This document shows, in pieces, positions 41,216 to 56,129 of a DNA stretch of 64,000 nucleotides (its first letter is position 1; every line of letters starts with the position of its first letter). A program made the position numbers and the translations under genes. The notes under the pieces were generated by a model. That model was given only the letters and a program-made list of their open reading frames with translations, was not told the origin of the DNA and ran no database searches. The DNA is from Eledone cirrhosa (lineage: Eukaryota), in contig OZ024743.1 of NCBI GenBank assembly GCA_964016885.1, positions 358,112,001 through 358,176,000 on the forward strand. The letters are read 5' to 3'.

Positions 41216-43260
41216 TCCGCAGCTCTCTTCCTCCTCCAACTCTTTCCCGGGATCCATCTCTTGGTCCCAACTTTGCTACCACACGTGCATCTTCATTACC
41301 AAGATCAACACCTTCAGTGAGATCAGTGGCCAACGCTTACGAGTTATGGACTCCTTCCACTGCACCTCCTTCAGCCATGTCTACGGGCTCCGTTACACGC
41401 TATGTGAGGCCGTCAACATTGGACAAACCGGTCGTCAAGTCAACTAGGGGACAGGTACGCCAAGCAACCGGCTCGGCAACCAGTCTCCGCTCGCCCGACA
41501 TTTCCTCTCCGCCGGATACTCAACCCACCACCTCACTGATTTCAGTTTCATTGTTTCGTAACCCTGGACTCACACAAAAGAACAGAGCATCGGATTATTT
41601 TTTCTCTCCAGACCTGCAGCGGGAACGGCCTTAACTCACTATCCCTTTTCTTTTATCCCGTTCATCAGCGACCTTCCACTTTCACACCAATACATGTGCA
41701 CTACTACTTCACCCACACACCCACATACACGAACAAAACTAATAAATTAGTTACAACGATGATACATATATATAATTTAACTACCGTTACTAATTAACTA
41801 ATCAATTATACTAACAGACGACTCTCACTATTGCACTACCCCCCCCCCCAACGCATACCAACACACATACAAGGACACACATTCCACATGGACAAATACA
41901 CACATTCCACTGTTAGAAACAGTACTAATTAACTAACTAGTCATACTAACATACTCAACCATACTACACGGCCACTCCAACATTCACACAACACTCCTTT
42001 ACTACCAACACACACATACAGCACCCATCCCATACCACTTCCGCTCTTCAGTACACATCAACTGTCAACCTATTGACTGACTGCATAGTCTTCGAGAATA
42101 TTTACTACTCCGGCCTCCACCCGGCAGACATACATCACCTTCTAACTATCACGGTGGATAATACTTCACCTTCCACCACCACACATACAGACAGAGAACA
42201 GGACTACCTATGATCCAGCCTATCGGGCCTGCTGGCCATCACTTATATGAACCAGCTGGAACGTCGGGCCCTCGACACCTGCCACTCCTGTGCCTTCTTC
42301 GCCCGATATGTAGATGACATACTCATTCTTACACCATCCCGTGAAGAAGCAAACAAAATATACACGGCATTCTCCAGCATGGACCTTAACGTAAGGTTCA
42401 GCATGGAACACCCCGATGACACTGGATCCCTTTCCCTGCAAGACTTCCAACTCAGGGTAACGGGAAAAGGTGGCATCCACACCAGCTTCTACAGAAAAGC
42501 TGCCAGCAGGGACCTGTTCGTCCTCCCCCTTGGTACCAAGGCCGGATACATAAGGAATGAACTGACACGTATCCGGAATAAATGCAGCACCACAGGAGAC
42601 CGAGATACATACACCACACATTTCTTGGATATGCTGAAGCTAAACGGCTACCCGACATCCACCGTGACCCGCGTTAGAAATAGGAAACACCTATAGGAAA
42701 TAGGAAGCACGACCTCCACCAACACCTGCTTCCTAAAGCTCCCACGTTTCAGTGATGACACAACAAAAGCCATCCTCAGGGCCATCCGAAGAAAAGGACT
42801 AGACTTACAACTAGCTCACTACCTAGGAGACGACATGGAGAACACAACAGGAGCTGCACGCTGGCCAACTGCCCCATCGATAACACAGACATATGCCATG
42901 AAGCATACGTCGTGTAGAGATTCCAGTGTGATAAATGCGACAACCACTATATGGGTATCACCATCCGACACTTACATATCAGGATTAAAGAAGACATTAA
43001 CACTAACGCTTCCTCATTCAAGAAACACTTAGAGAAATGCAAAAACACCACCAAAAAAATAACAGTTAAGGTTGAAACGAAAGAAAGAAACTTCGGCAAT
43101 CTCAGAATTAAGGAAGCATTAATCATAGCCAGGACACACCCACAAATCAATTATAGACTAGAACTAAGCACACAATATAGAACTAGGCACACAACAGCGA
43201 ACTTAGAAGGCCACTAGACTCTACGCATAAGCCCCCTTACGACCACATTATCCATCAATG
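41213..43260 (+). mobile_element. Degenerate Penelope-like element
   Basis: SSLSGLLAITYMNQLE, ARYVDDILIL, FSMEHP, FYRK; GIY-YIG remnant YMGITIRHLHIRIKE...LRIKEALII; starts at (TA)n. Confidence 0.85.
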
Positions 43261-43479
43261 AGAAATCGAGTATATGCATTCACGTGTTTACACGATTCTA
43301 TCCATGCGTGTTTACGTATTTGCGTGCTTACACACATACATGTATGCATGCACGTGTGTGTCAGCGCGTATTAATATATATGCGTCTAAGCGGATTTAAA
43401 GGGAAACAACACTGTGCCCCTTTGACCTGTCCAGACCTTAATTTTAAACAAAAGAGGTTAGAAAAAAAATAAAACCACT

Positions 43480-43657
43480 TCCGGCCAGCATCGGACACTG
43501 GAATAGTTCCTTTATTTTCCTCGGAAGAAAAGATATTAATCTCGAAATATCAGAGCATACGAATAAATTAAGGTAAAAAAACAACCCCTGTTCCTCAGAA
43601 TTTAATTATTCTCCGTCCAAACCCGCATTGTCGTAGCTTTCAAACTTCGAATTATTT
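43480..43657 (+). mobile_element. Single-arm family A terminus with hammerhead motif at 43518-43555
   Basis: Closely matches the arms of 21841-22190; CGGAAGA...GAAAtaTC; ends at (TA)n. Confidence 0.7.
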
Positions 43658-43669
43658 ATGTATATATAA

Positions 43670-43723
<54 letters not shown>

Positions 43724-43780
43724 TATATATACATATATATAAATTACACAATTATCAAAGTTATGTTCAAATCATTTTAT

Positions 43781-43827
43781 TGCTGACAATCGTTTCTTCC
43801 AAACTTTCGTTTGGAGTTATCGGAGCA
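43781..43827 (-). ncRNA. Degenerate hammerhead motif
   Basis: tgct-CCGATAA-ctccaaac gaaa gtttggaa-GAAA-cgattg-TC-agca; 3' side resembles the 56526 ribozyme. Confidence 0.45.
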
Positions 43828-46800
43828 TTAGCAATGTTTGTAAATATAATTAACCTCCTATTCAACTGAACAATCATATAGATACATATATATTGATGTT
43901 GTGAACAACAGTTTCGTATTTACAGGGTGGAATGGATGCGACATATATTATACGAGAATTGTACAATAATTCAAATTAAAATTAAAAGCACAGTGGATTA
44001 CCTGCAACAGATAATACAAGGGAATAGTCTAATAATTAAAGAGGCCTTGAAGAAGAATGAGGACACTAGCAGTACATATGCAAGCGTGTAGAGAGTGCAC
44101 ATGCGTTAGTCATATATATGAAGGATATTAGTTTCAAAATTTATATGTTGCGGGGATTGTGCACGCGAGCATGTATGTAATTTTCTGCGGTTTATTTCCA
44201 TGTTCAGTTGTTCATTGAATAGAATGATTTTGTCAACTCACTACATTACTGCTCCTTCCAGCAAAGCTTACCAACACAATCACGGTTTCATACCTCTACA
44301 CAAAACTCAGTGCAATTGCACTCTCATGCTCCAACAAATCCCCCATACTTCCAAGAAATCAGCATACGTAAGCATCTTATGTTTGAATATTTTCCATATT
44401 GGTTTTCTGTAGACATCTTTATTTAAATGGCATCCTTTTGTACTAAATGATTATGGTTTTGAACAAATAAGGCTTGGGAATAATAATTTTCTCAAAATAT
44501 ACTCCAACGTACCTCTCATTGGAACTGGAACCGAAATCAGACAAATTCTTATTGGTCAAAACTTACCCCCTCTGTGAATTGAATATCGACTTCCCTAAAA
44601 CTGACAACTATACATAGTCTTCTCACTTCATCGAACTAAAGTTTCATGGCCCTGTTGTAACACAATGTACAATAATGTTTCAGAGCTATTGAAATAACAG
44701 AATATGTAATGAAAGTGAGATATTCAACATGTATCTTCAGCATGTATCAGAGGCTACCTTATCCCATATTTAAGATTGCTCGGTGTAGGAAGCATCATTT
44801 GGCACATAAAAGAAAGAAGTGTAAACTAATATTTTCTATCACATATATCTCGGACTAGATTCTCTTATACATTTACACCGTCTATACTGATCAACAACTT
44901 GTGGGTTTGCAGCCATGGGCTTTGATCGTGAGAAGCATGAAGGAACATATCTAAGATTATGGTTTCGGTCGCCTACTTAGCTGTCAAAATCTTGATACGT
45001 TAGCTGACATAAAGTACAAGACACTGGGCAAATAGGAATTGTTATGGAGTACAATGTTATAAGATAGATTACTTTGGTTAATTAATGATCTGGCACATTA
45101 ATGCGTGCAAAATTGGTGATGGTTGTGTAAAGGTTACATTTGGAGGTGATAAAAAGGTTTACATTGTTTAGAGAGTCATGTGCAGGTGACAATACTAACG
45201 GGTGCAGATAGAAAATGATGCGACCTCTATGCCAATTATGTAGGCGTGAGAGTTAAACACGTGGAACTATGTACAATGTGGTCACTGAAGATGATTACTT
45301 CCGAGAAAGATGACCTGAAAGGTAAAGTGATAAATAAATGGTTTGAGTCATGTCGTTGCTACTAGATTAGTTTCAAAAGTCTAAAAAGAGAAGAGCAGAT
45401 ATACTAAGGTGGAAGGAAGATTTTTAGTCAGATGAACCGAAAGTCTTTGTTGCTGATGAATGAGATGAATGATATGTAAAATATATTCTTCATGTGCGCA
45501 GGTACATTTTTCAAAGTACAGTTGTAATATAGTGTGGAGCCTGGACAAGAGATGCCTGTTATAAACAGTCTATTAGATATTATTGTAATGTAGGAGTGAA
45601 ATATGTTATTGTAGAATTATCCAACTTATTCATTTCTGTGTCTAGATGACTTTGAGACGGATGTGTGATCTAGAATGAAGATGTTATTTTGGAAGAGGAG
45701 TGTGGTCTATTTTTCTTTGAAAATTATCTTTCTTAATTGTTTCCTCTCTATCAATTATATCATTGTTGTCTCATACTTTCTCCACACACTTCCAATAAAA
45801 TATGCAAGGTCAAATTTTCCATGAATAGGGCTATTTAATAAAATAGACATCATTTTTCATACTGTTCATAAATAAATGATACAGCGGTTAAAAGTGAACA
45901 TTTACCAATATGTATAATACAATATATTCAGGTAGAATGATGGCAGAATAAAGCAATAACAAATTCCATGGACACATTTGCAAAGGATATGCATCCCACC
46001 TCAAAGGAGTATGTAATTTATGGCAAGTAGTTATCAAAGTAAATTTGTAGATAAGGAATATAAATATAATGATAAATCAACTACTACAATTTAATGGTAA
46101 TTGGGCTCTTCAATTTGAAGTACCGTCACATATATGTAGGCGAAGGATTGACAGAATCGTTACAATGCCGGGAAAATGACCTGCAGTTTTTTCTTATAGC
46201 CCTTTACGTCAAGACTTCAAATCTCGCCAAGATCAACTATTCATCCTTCTCAAGACAATAAAATGAAATATCAATCAAGTACTGAGGTCGGTTTTAAATT
46301 CCTCTAAAGCAATCTACCAAGATGTGAATGGAGTAATACAAGAAGACTAAGACATGTACAATTTCAGTTGGTAGTTCTCTTTAGTTTTAATCAATAAGAC
46401 CGTCAAAAGACAATAATTTATTACTGTTTCCTTTATCTTTGGGATGTTACAAGTGAAGACGATATAATTGGGGGTTGCAGTTAGCAGGGAATATGTTTCA
46501 TCGATTGTGATAGAATCCTCTAGGGACATAAATATGGTGTACTTCATGGTCCACAGTCTTCTCTCTGCCTTATAAATCTAACTGGGATTTATGCGACTTT
46601 AGTATATGCCGAAATGTTCTATATAAGGCTGATTTAGCGGGTTCACCCCCAATTTTTAATCAGATTACTCCTTTAGTTATTACCTTTTAAAACATTCTTA
46701 GGATATTTGTAAGACTTTGGGGTTTACCGTACCCAAAGGGAGAGGTGCTTCTATGACGTGAAATTTAAACTCAGTATTGCAGGATAACGCCCCTTTTACA

Positions 46801-47659
46801 GTACTAGCACTACTTACAGTGATGAATTAGACTCTTGTAAAAGATATATATATAGTTTGATGGACATGCACGTTGGGAATGGCATTTTTATGGCTTAGTC
46901 TGGGGGAGACAGTATGTCTAGAGTAAATCCTAGCTTACGATTTGTCTCAGTTGTTGTTAACCAGTAAGTGGACTCATGTAAATAGTCTAGCTTGATGTCT
47001 ATGAACGCAGATGAGCTTCTCGAAATACTGCATTCAGCAGGGTACCAGTAAGGAACTGAAGAATATAGGAGATTGTGCACCAACTAATAGAGCAGACTTC
47101 CTGGGATTTACTAACTGTGTCGGGTGATTTTACTATCTTGTGATCAGCGTCCGCTGGGAAACATTTTTCAAATGTGCCTTCTAACAAAACAGTGGTACCG
47201 TGAAAAGGAAAGTGTTGGGAAGATCGGTTCATCGAGAGAACGTATTACTCCATATCAGGAAGCCTATTCAAGTGCTTGCAATAGAGGTCACCCACGAAAG
47301 GCACACAAATACCACGTAGTGGACTAAGGCATTGGCTACCTTATGGTAGTGAAAGGGGTAAATCGCTCAGAAAGCTGCTCCATCGGCAAATAATACCCTA
47401 TCTTCTCTTCCTCTACCTCTTCGTCTTCCAGTTCGTTACTCGTGTCTATAGAGCTCAGGATTTCGAGGAATCTACTTACAACCACTGAGATTCCTACCAT
47501 ACACAGTGTGTTGATCTTAGACAGTCCTTGTGAGATTGCAAGGCAGAAATTACCAGCGCCGCAACTTATCCAATTTCTTCTTGTCTCGACCATTCACACT
47601 TCTCAACAGAAAAGAAGAGTAAATTGGCTACTACCAATCCACCGCCCTATTACACCCTT

Positions 47660-48298
47660 AATAATTGTTTCTAATTTTGGCACAAGGCCAGCAATTATCC
47701 CAGTGCATTACTGGTACTTTATTTTATCGACCCCGTAAGGATGAAAGGCAAGGTTAACCTCTCGGGATTTGAACTCAGACCATAAAGGGCCGTAACTCTA
47801 TGCTGCAAAAGGATGTAATAGGGCGGTGGATTGTCAGTAACAGTAGAATGTCGAATATACTTTGCGGTATATAGTTACGTTCCTTTACGTCCTGAATTCA
47901 AATCCCCTCGTGGTTAGCTTTGCCTTTCATCCTTACAGGGTCGATAAAATAAAGTACCAGTGACGCACTGGGTCGATTTAATCGATGTTTCCCTTCCCTT
48001 CAAATTGCTGGCCTTGTACCAAAAGTAGAACCAATGAAGGATGTAATTTTAAAAGCTCACGGCTTACCACAACAAATATGAGGGTGTCCATGATATTTAT
48101 TACATCCTTAATAATTGTTTCTACTTTTGGCACAAGGCCAGCAATTATCCCAGTGCATTGCTGGTACTTTATTTTATCGACCCCCGCAAGGATGAAAGGC
48201 AAAGTTAACCTCGGGATTTGAACTCAAACCGTAAAGAACCGTAACTCTATGCTGAAAAGTATGGCGTCCGATCCTCTACCGATACTGCCAATCCACCG
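47660..48298. mobile_element. Cluster of three SINE copies (47660-47808 -, 47820-48032 +, 48110-48298 -)
   Basis: Similarity to 17351-17540. Confidence 0.85.
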
Positions 48299-49332
48299 AA
48301 TGAGAACAATTATGTTCTAAATGACCAGCTCTGATCCAAAAACATAAAGATAGCCTCGAAATCATAATTAATGCAAATTAATTAAATATGGAATGTAGCG
48401 GGAATTGAGGCTGATTTTTAGCAGTATGGTGATAACTCCAGACATTTTTCTGTCTTACTGAACCTCACCAGCGAAGCATAGTCTAAGCGTTACTACAAGA
48501 GAATTATATAGGATTTAAAAATAATAACTGGAATAAAATGTCCAGCAACGCATACTGCACGAGATCTTATTACAATGGGTGTTATCACAAAGATCGTGCA
48601 TACTTGTTTAGACATCTAAGATTGGAACTAACGGTTAGGTAAGGTGTGTATGTGTTTGTCCATGTCTAGGTTTACGTGTATGCCTCGTAAATTCGACAAA
48701 TAAAAGTACCAGGCTTGAAAACGTAAGCACTGAGGTCGATATGTATCCCTTCAAGAAGGTGCTCCAGCATGGCTGCAATCTAATGACTAAAACCAGTAAA
48801 AGAATTAAAAAATATACTATGGTTCTCCGGTCGGAGGATAACTTTCTCCCTTACTCCCACCAGTCTGTAGGTGGGGGGGGGTGGCTGGAAAGTATCGTGA
48901 ATGCTGATCTTCCTCCTCTGACTGAACCGTTGATAAACACTTTTAAAATCATATTAAGCGGCCCCATACAAGCATCCCGTTGGCTCTCGAAAACTGGTTG
49001 GTATCTTTGTTGCTGCCAACAAATGTTCTATCCAGGAAATATCTTAATTTATTTAAACTAAATAATAAATCTATTTAAAAATAGAATTAGATTGTTTTTA
49101 ATCTTTCACATTTGGTAAATTTCTTCCTCATAAATTAGACATTTCGCCTCACAGACGAGTAAACAAAATATCGACTTCCCAAAGGGACACAATCTAAAGT
49201 AAATAACTGTCGATATATGTGTTCCATTCACATAGATTGGGTCGAGCCAAGGCTACGACAAATGACATTTGCCCAAAGTCCTAGACCTAATGACTGCAGC
49301 ACAAACATTTTAACCATTTAGACATGCTGCAT

Positions 49333-49414
<82 letters not shown>

Positions 49415-49519
49415 CACGTTCACTTAAATATATACTCAAACAGTGTGAACCAAAAAATTCGCGGACCATAGGGATATAGCAATTCTAAAAACTACTTTGA
49501 ATAAATAAATAAAAATAAT

Positions 49520-49620
49520 TGTTTCTACTTTTGGCACCAGGCCAGCAATTAACCAGTACATTACTGGTACTTTATTTTATCGACCCCGTAAGGATGAAAG
49601 GCAAAGTTAACCTCGGCGGG
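49520..49620 (-). mobile_element. 5'-truncated SINE with 19 bp TSD
   Basis: ataaataaataaaaataat at 49501-49519 and 49621-49639. Confidence 0.85.
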
Positions 49621-49901
49621 ATAAATAAATAAAAATAATAAATACTTTCTTTATCTCTGTGACACACAAATTCTGATTATCCTGTGTATGGACAAAAGTG
49701 TAGACCGACTTGCTTTGATTCATTGTTTGGTATAATATTAGTACACCCAGTTGACATTTTACTTCTGTTCACTCAAATATAGATTCCGATAGTTGATACC
49801 TTGTAGTGTGTTATTTCAGTCCTACCATAAATATACTAAAACAATCTACGTCACTTATCAGGGTTTAACTAAATGAAGGCTCGGTGAGAAATTAACCGAA
49901 G

Positions 49902-50062
49902 CAAACCTGCCAACCTCTAAAAACCCGAACGAGGAGTACCATGAAAAAAAGGGCCCCAAAATGGGGAGATTTTACGTAATGAAAACTATATCCACGTAAT
50001 GAAAACTATACCCAAAGTGGGTGGGAGATCTCCCCGTCAGATGGGGAGAGTTGACAGGTCTT
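49902..50062. mobile_element. MITE-like element, second copy
   Basis: acctgccaac...gttgacaggt TIRs; homologous to 28942-29137. Confidence 0.6.
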
Positions 50063-50816
50063 CAGAAGACATTACTAAAAACGTGTCACAGGTAAATCCA
50101 AAGAACTAGTCTTCGGTGAAATAATGGTAACAATAATAATTGGTTACATATAAATATAAATACACACAGTTATATATACACATGCATACACACTTATGCA
50201 GGTGCATATACACACACAAACCTGTATACACTCATATACATTAAATATGCACATAAAAACATACATGCAAGTACATATAAACACATATTTCAAGTTATTA
50301 TTAGAAACTTACTCTAACTTACACTTCCGTGTATGTTTCAGCTGTTTCGTGTTGTTGATGGGGGTTCAAATCTAACATCATTAATCATTAGAATAGTTAT
50401 TAAGAATATAAATGTTTCTTTGATATTTAAAAAAATCTTTCGACCTTTCTTGAAGTCTGTGAGAATATCAGCTCTGATAGGTCCACTTTATCAACAATAA
50501 GTCAGACAAATTAAGAAATATTAGCTTTCGCAGTCAGATATTCAGCTGCGTTGTTTTAAATATTTCAGAATTTCTGAAATACACATTTAACTTAAAACCA
50601 TAGAAGCCGACAATTTCCTCGATTAGAAAAATCCAAACATCTTCTATAGCTATGTCTGAGAGACCAAAACACGGGTTACTGCCATGGTAGTCTTAGAGAT
50701 ATAGAAGTAATCAGAGGGACCTAACACCACTTCTGGTCATATCCACAATGATTTTTACAGTAGGGAAATATATAACTCGGATACTTTAGTGTTTATACAT
50801 TTATTGAATAATACAT

Positions 50817-51030
50817 GACGGTGATGGATTTGCAGAGTTGTCAGAGCGTCGGACAAAATGCCTCGTGGTATTCCTTTGCAGGTCTTTACGTTCTGAGTTC
50901 AAATCCTTCTGCTCTTTACGTTGCTTTTCATCCATGGTCGATAAAATAAAATACTAGTCAAGTACTGAGGTTGATTAAATCGACATTCCTTTAAGCTACA
51001 TGTGGCATTGTGCCTGAATTAGAAACCATT
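50817..51030 (+). mobile_element. Diverged older SINE copy
   Basis: B-box gagttcaaatcc, core ttttcatcc..ggtcgataaaataa, tail attagaaaccatt. Confidence 0.7.
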
Positions 51031-51339
51031 AATTAATGCATTCATTTCCTTTATATTGTGTCTTGTATTCTTGATGGCTAGTTTAAATTCTATGAAAATA
51101 TCCATTTAGGTGTAGTCGGTAAGTTTTGTTTAGGGAAGCATATACAGGTTTGAAAAGAAACGTTTAAAATGTGTTGAAAAAAACCCCATTTAAAATGTGT
51201 TGAAAATGTTACCGTTACGAATACCCTTCCTTGTCACGAGTCTTTGGAATATGTGAAAATATGTACAATGGAAATGGATGAAGTAATAAGTTGTCAACTT
51301 CTTTGTTTATGAATTCAAGAAACCAAATATGTAATTAAT

Positions 51340-51525
51340 TGTTTCTACTTTAGGCACAAGGCCAGCAATTACCCAGTGTATTACTCGTACTTTATTTTAT
51401 CAACCCCGTAAGGATGAAAGGAAAAGTCAACCTCGGCGGGATTTGAACTCAGATCGTAAAGGGACGTAACTATGCTGGAAAGCATGGCGCCCGACCCTCT
51501 ACCGATACTGCCAATCCACCGCCCT
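51340..51525 (-). mobile_element. Full-length SINE with 16 bp TSD
   Basis: caaatatgtaattaat at 51324-51339 and 51526-51541. Confidence 0.9.
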
Positions 51526-52484
51526 CAAATATGTAATTAATGAAATAAATAGAATATATATAACCCGAAACTATAAGAAATTCTGACAGTGTGAAGTTTA
51601 CGGGGAGAAAATGGATTCAGTTTCCTGAAAAAAAATCATTAAAAATAAATTTAATTGATGATACTATTATTTTTTTTTTAAAAAACACACAATATGAAGC
51701 GTAAAAACGACTGCTTTTTGGAATCATACATTTTAAAACTATTCATGCAAATTTCCATCAAGTATAAGCACTGAAGAGCTGGTAGTTCCACATAATACTC
51801 TATCGAATCGTTATTGTCCGAATAACAATGACCTACTTTTTAAAGAATAAAAAAAATAGAACATACAATATTTTAGATTAGATGTGCTTACACAGGTCTT
51901 ACGCATATATATGTATACATACTGTTGAGAGTAAGTTAAACAATTTTTCACTTTTTTATTGTGTTTTTGTTTTGATATGCGCTCTATTTTCCTGCTATTA
52001 ATTTTATCTCTCACTCTTTTAAGTTGTGAAATAGACTGGTTCTCTATGCACGCGGCTGACACATTTCAGCTCGCTACTATATTGCTATATAATTGATGAT
52101 CGCATTTAAAGTCTGTTAAAGGTTCTTGGCACTACTATTGTTACTATCGCTTTCCTCTAGCCATGGGACTTGGAGACATGAGCCGAATGCTACCATTCTA
52201 TTATACATCGATGTGGGACTGTTATTTCTAATAGCCATCTTTTCACCTCTTAATAATTTGTGTGTGAGACACGTTGGCTGAGAGCTTTTAACGGGAACGA
52301 AAAGATTGGTTTTCTAGTCTCCCGCCACCACGTAAAATGTGTAAATCGGTGGCCAGTTGAGAGATAGAGTCGTATCGGGTGCCAGTTGCTAATCGCTTTA
52401 CCGTGTTAGTTGTCACAAACAGTCATGGCCGGCATGGGCTGGTGTTTGGATTCTGTCGATCGATTGGTTATTGATTAGGCGATA

Positions 52485-52594
52485 CCCGCTGATGAAGCCG
52501 CATAAGCCGATTATGCATTGTTGCATAATATATGCAGACGGATGGTGCAGTGCACCTTACTGGTGCATTAGTGCGGCCGAAACTCGAGTCCGGG
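52485..52594 (+). ncRNA. Type I hammerhead ribozyme with multibranched stem II insertion
   Basis: cccg-CTGATGA-a-gccgca...tgcggc-c-GAAA-ctcgag-TC-cggg; predicted cleavage after 52590. Confidence 0.78.
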
Positions 52595-52769
52595 AACTAT
52601 TATAGGCACCCGTTTTACGTGTGTTGTATTGAAGCGAATAACTATGTGTATACTCTGGGAATGTATCTTACATCGCCCGTGGAGTACGCTGAGATACAAC
52701 CGCTCCTGGCATTGATAAATATGCTGGGTCCGTCAACTCCTTATTATATATATATATACATATATATAT

Positions 52770-53032
52770 TATGACACGTGTATACATATTATTCCAAATT
52801 TTTAACAAAGCACTCAAAACCAACAGACAGGAGATCCGGGAGTAGACCCCGAGCAAGAGGGTTAGATAACATCCATGAGCTCGGCTGGTCTCACTTGGGA
52901 ATCCAGTAGGATCAATTGGAGATGGTTGCTTCTGATAGGACAACCTGCAAGACGTGCTTGAGGACTCTGCCTGCACGACCCTCCCAAGAAGAAGAAGAAG
53001 AAGAAGAAGAAGAAGAAGAAGAAGAAGAAGAA
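52770..53032 (+). mobile_element. RTE-clade (Rex3/Expander-like) LINE 3' fragment with (GAA)n tail
   Basis: Translation RPRARGLDNIHELGWSHLGIQ*DQLEMVASDRTTCKTCLRTLPARP followed by (GAA)n. Confidence 0.7.
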
Positions 53033-53272
53033 GGGGGGAGGAGAATAATAAGAAGAATGAGGGGGAGGAGGAGGATAATAATAATATCCACTACCACTCC
53101 CAGCACCCCCACCCCCAGCATTAATCTCCCTGCCACCACCACCAACATCACTCACACCACAAGAACAGTTGAGAAAAATTCTCGTACACCTCTTACAGCT
53201 GCAACCATTACAATATCACCTCAATCAACAACAGCAATGACCATAACTATACTGTTATAATAGTAATAATGA

Positions 53273-56097
53273 TCTCAGTGCCAGCCAGCAAATGCACTAT
53301 CCAAAGAGCCGGGCAACTTTCCATGTACGTCCAATACCATGCGTACGTCCAATACCATGCGTAACGCAAGCATGTACTGCGAGATGAACAAATAAAAATT
53401 AATACACAATACCAAATCGTTTTCCTATGGTTAATCAGGCAGCGCGTCCCTCAGGAAGGTGCCAACCTGAGATCGAAAAGTCCTCCTCTGGGACAAACTC
53501 TTCTCCAGTTATGGACCTGGATGGTCACTTGATCGGGGATTGCCCCAACTCGAGCCCTCCAGATCCACCACCCAAACCACCTCAAAAAGAAAAACCTAAA
53601 AGGATGAAATGGATCCGAGAAGAGTATAAAGAAGTAATATATGCATATTACTATGCATTAGGTAAGCCATCACAAGACAGACACACTTTAAACTTCTACA
53701 AACTCTGGAAAACTCGGAATCAAGCTAGCAGACGTGATATGGATGGAAATAAGTTGGCAAATGTAAGGAGGTATATCTTCAGAAATAATAGACTCACAGA
53801 CACTGAACTAACTACGATCAAGCAGGCTGTGGAGAATGACATAAATATAAATGATGAAAGAACAGAAGAATCTCCTGGAGATAGTAACCAGTCACAAGTC
53901 TTTACTGAAAGACCTCCATCTGACCAAATCACAAATAGATTTGTAGAAATGAGAAGCCCAACCCGCTGAAAATAGCCAGGAGAGGGACTTAGAAACAGTA
54001 ATTGAAAACCAAACATCTGCTGAAGAACACAGGGACACTATGAAGGAATTAAAGCAAAAAATACTGAATGACCTTGCAGTAATAAGACATTGTAGTATAA
54101 ATGATAGAGAACCACTTTAAAAACTCCCAAATACAATCCAAAATAGAAAACAAATAATGATTGGTAATTCTGTAACAAAAGAAATCATAGAAGAACTAGA
54201 ACCTGATCTTACTGAGTTAAATGAAATCATTTATGCATCTGCTAGAGTAATTGAAACAAGCTGTTTACCACCAAAAAAACAATAGAAGTCGAACCTTCGA
54301 GGTAAACCAATTTGGAGGAGTAGAATCGAAAAGGAGATTGACGTAGTGAGAGGAGAAATATCTTTATTGAGTGAGTTAACCGCTGGAAATGATATAAGAT
54401 CCAAGAAGGTAAGAAAGCTAAAGAGAAAATATGGACTGTCTTCTAGAGAAGCAATAGTTTCAACAAAAGAATCTCTGAAACAAAAAGTCCAAGTAAAAGC
54501 CCAATGAATTCGTAGATTCGAGAAGCGAAACAACTTCTACATGCAAAATAAGTTGTTCTCATCCAATGCCAAGTCCTGTTATAGAGAAGTAGGGAAGAAA
54601 AACATAATTATTGAAGACCATAGAAGAAGTTGAAAACTTCTGGAGTAAGATTTGGGGTGATGAGAAGACATATAATGCTAATGTAGATTGGATTAGTCGC
54701 CTGGAAAAAGCATACACAAATTTAGAAGAACAGGCGTGGGAAGACATCTCTATAGCGGACTTAAGGACAGCACTCAATAAATCTCATAAATGGAAATCTC
54801 CTGGTAGAGACAGGGTGCCAAATTTCTGGCTTTCCTCACTCCCGTGCACTCACAATATATTGGTCAAGCTGTTTAATGGAATTATGAAAGATCCAAAAAA
54901 TACACCTGATTGGATAGCAAGTGGCATTACCTACCTTCTACCAAAGAACAACGAAACAAAAGATCCCAAAAACTCTCGGCCCATAACCTGCTTGTCCACC
55001 ACTTATCAACTATTAACCTCTATTCTCATGGAAAAAGCATACGTGTTTTGGAGGAGAACAATCTTTTCCCCATTGAACAAAAAGGGTGCCGACGAGGTTC
55101 ATATGGTTGCAAAGATCAACTTTTGATTAATCGTATGATCCTTGAGAACTGTCATAATAAACACAGAAATCTCAGTTCTGCATGGATCGATTATAAAAAA
55201 GCCTTTGACACCATACCACGCTCATGGGTTCTGAAATCACTGGACATCTTCAAAATCTCACCTGTGATCTCAAACTTCCTGAAACACAATGTCATTATGG
55301 AACACAAATCTCCAATTGTCTCATTCCACGGGGGTACTGTGCTCTAGGAATATAAACATCAACTGTGGTATATATAAGTTTTAGCACCAGTAGAATACAA
55401 ATATAGACATGACAGAGTTGGCCAATATCTACACTGGGTAATATGTCGGCATTACAAAATCAAAGCTGAAGACAAGTGGTACAATCATCACCCTGAGGCT
55501 GTAACTGAAGGAGAAAAAGTAACAATTCTCTGCGACTTTCCTGTACATACTGACAAGACCATAAAAGCAAATGGACCTGACATTATTGTAAAAAATCAAC
55601 ATAACAAAGTCTGTTTATTGATAGATATGAGCATCCCATGTGATCACAATATCGCGGCAAAAGAATTTGACAAGCTACGAAAATATAAAGATCTGCTTAT
55701 TGAAATTGAGAAAATGTGGCGCCGCAAGGACGTTACAATACCAGTGATTGTGGGAGGACGTTACAATACCAGTGATTGTGGAAAGGAACAGAACAATATT
55801 TGCGAATGATTCCTGGTTTACCCTCTCTGCACGAAGTGCAAAAAATTGTTTGACTGGCACTGCAGACGTATTGAGAAGAGCACTATCTCTGTAAGATTGA
55901 TATCCCTCCTTGTATTTACATATGCATATGCACATGTGTATACCTGTATACTGTTTTTTTGTTTTGTTTTTTTTAAATCAATGTGCTGTATTAACTGGCT
56001 TACCAATGCACACTGGGAATTTATTTGTCCTAGGTGTCAGGAAGACACTCGGCATATATCTCAGAAACAATAATGAAAAAGAATAAAAATAGTGATG

Positions 56098-56100
<3 letters not shown>
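53273..56100 (+). mobile_element. Degenerate R4-clade RLE retrotransposon with an internal deletion
   Basis: N-terminal RMKWIREEYKEVIYAYY; [28 protein letters not shown]; jumps near 55370 to RHDRVGQYLHW, PDIIV, LIDMSIP; AAT-rich flanks. Confidence 0.85.

Positions 56101-56127
<27 letters not shown>

Positions 56128-56129
<2 letters not shown>

Noticed and set aside
44250-47640. Possible ancient LINE remnants (RT-like near 44980-45040, zinc-knuckle-like near 47260-47300)
   Set aside because: Too degraded to assign by eye; needs a profile search
51766-51820. Hammerhead-like CTGAAGA...GAATCGTTA
   Set aside because: GAAA is broken and stem I does not pair
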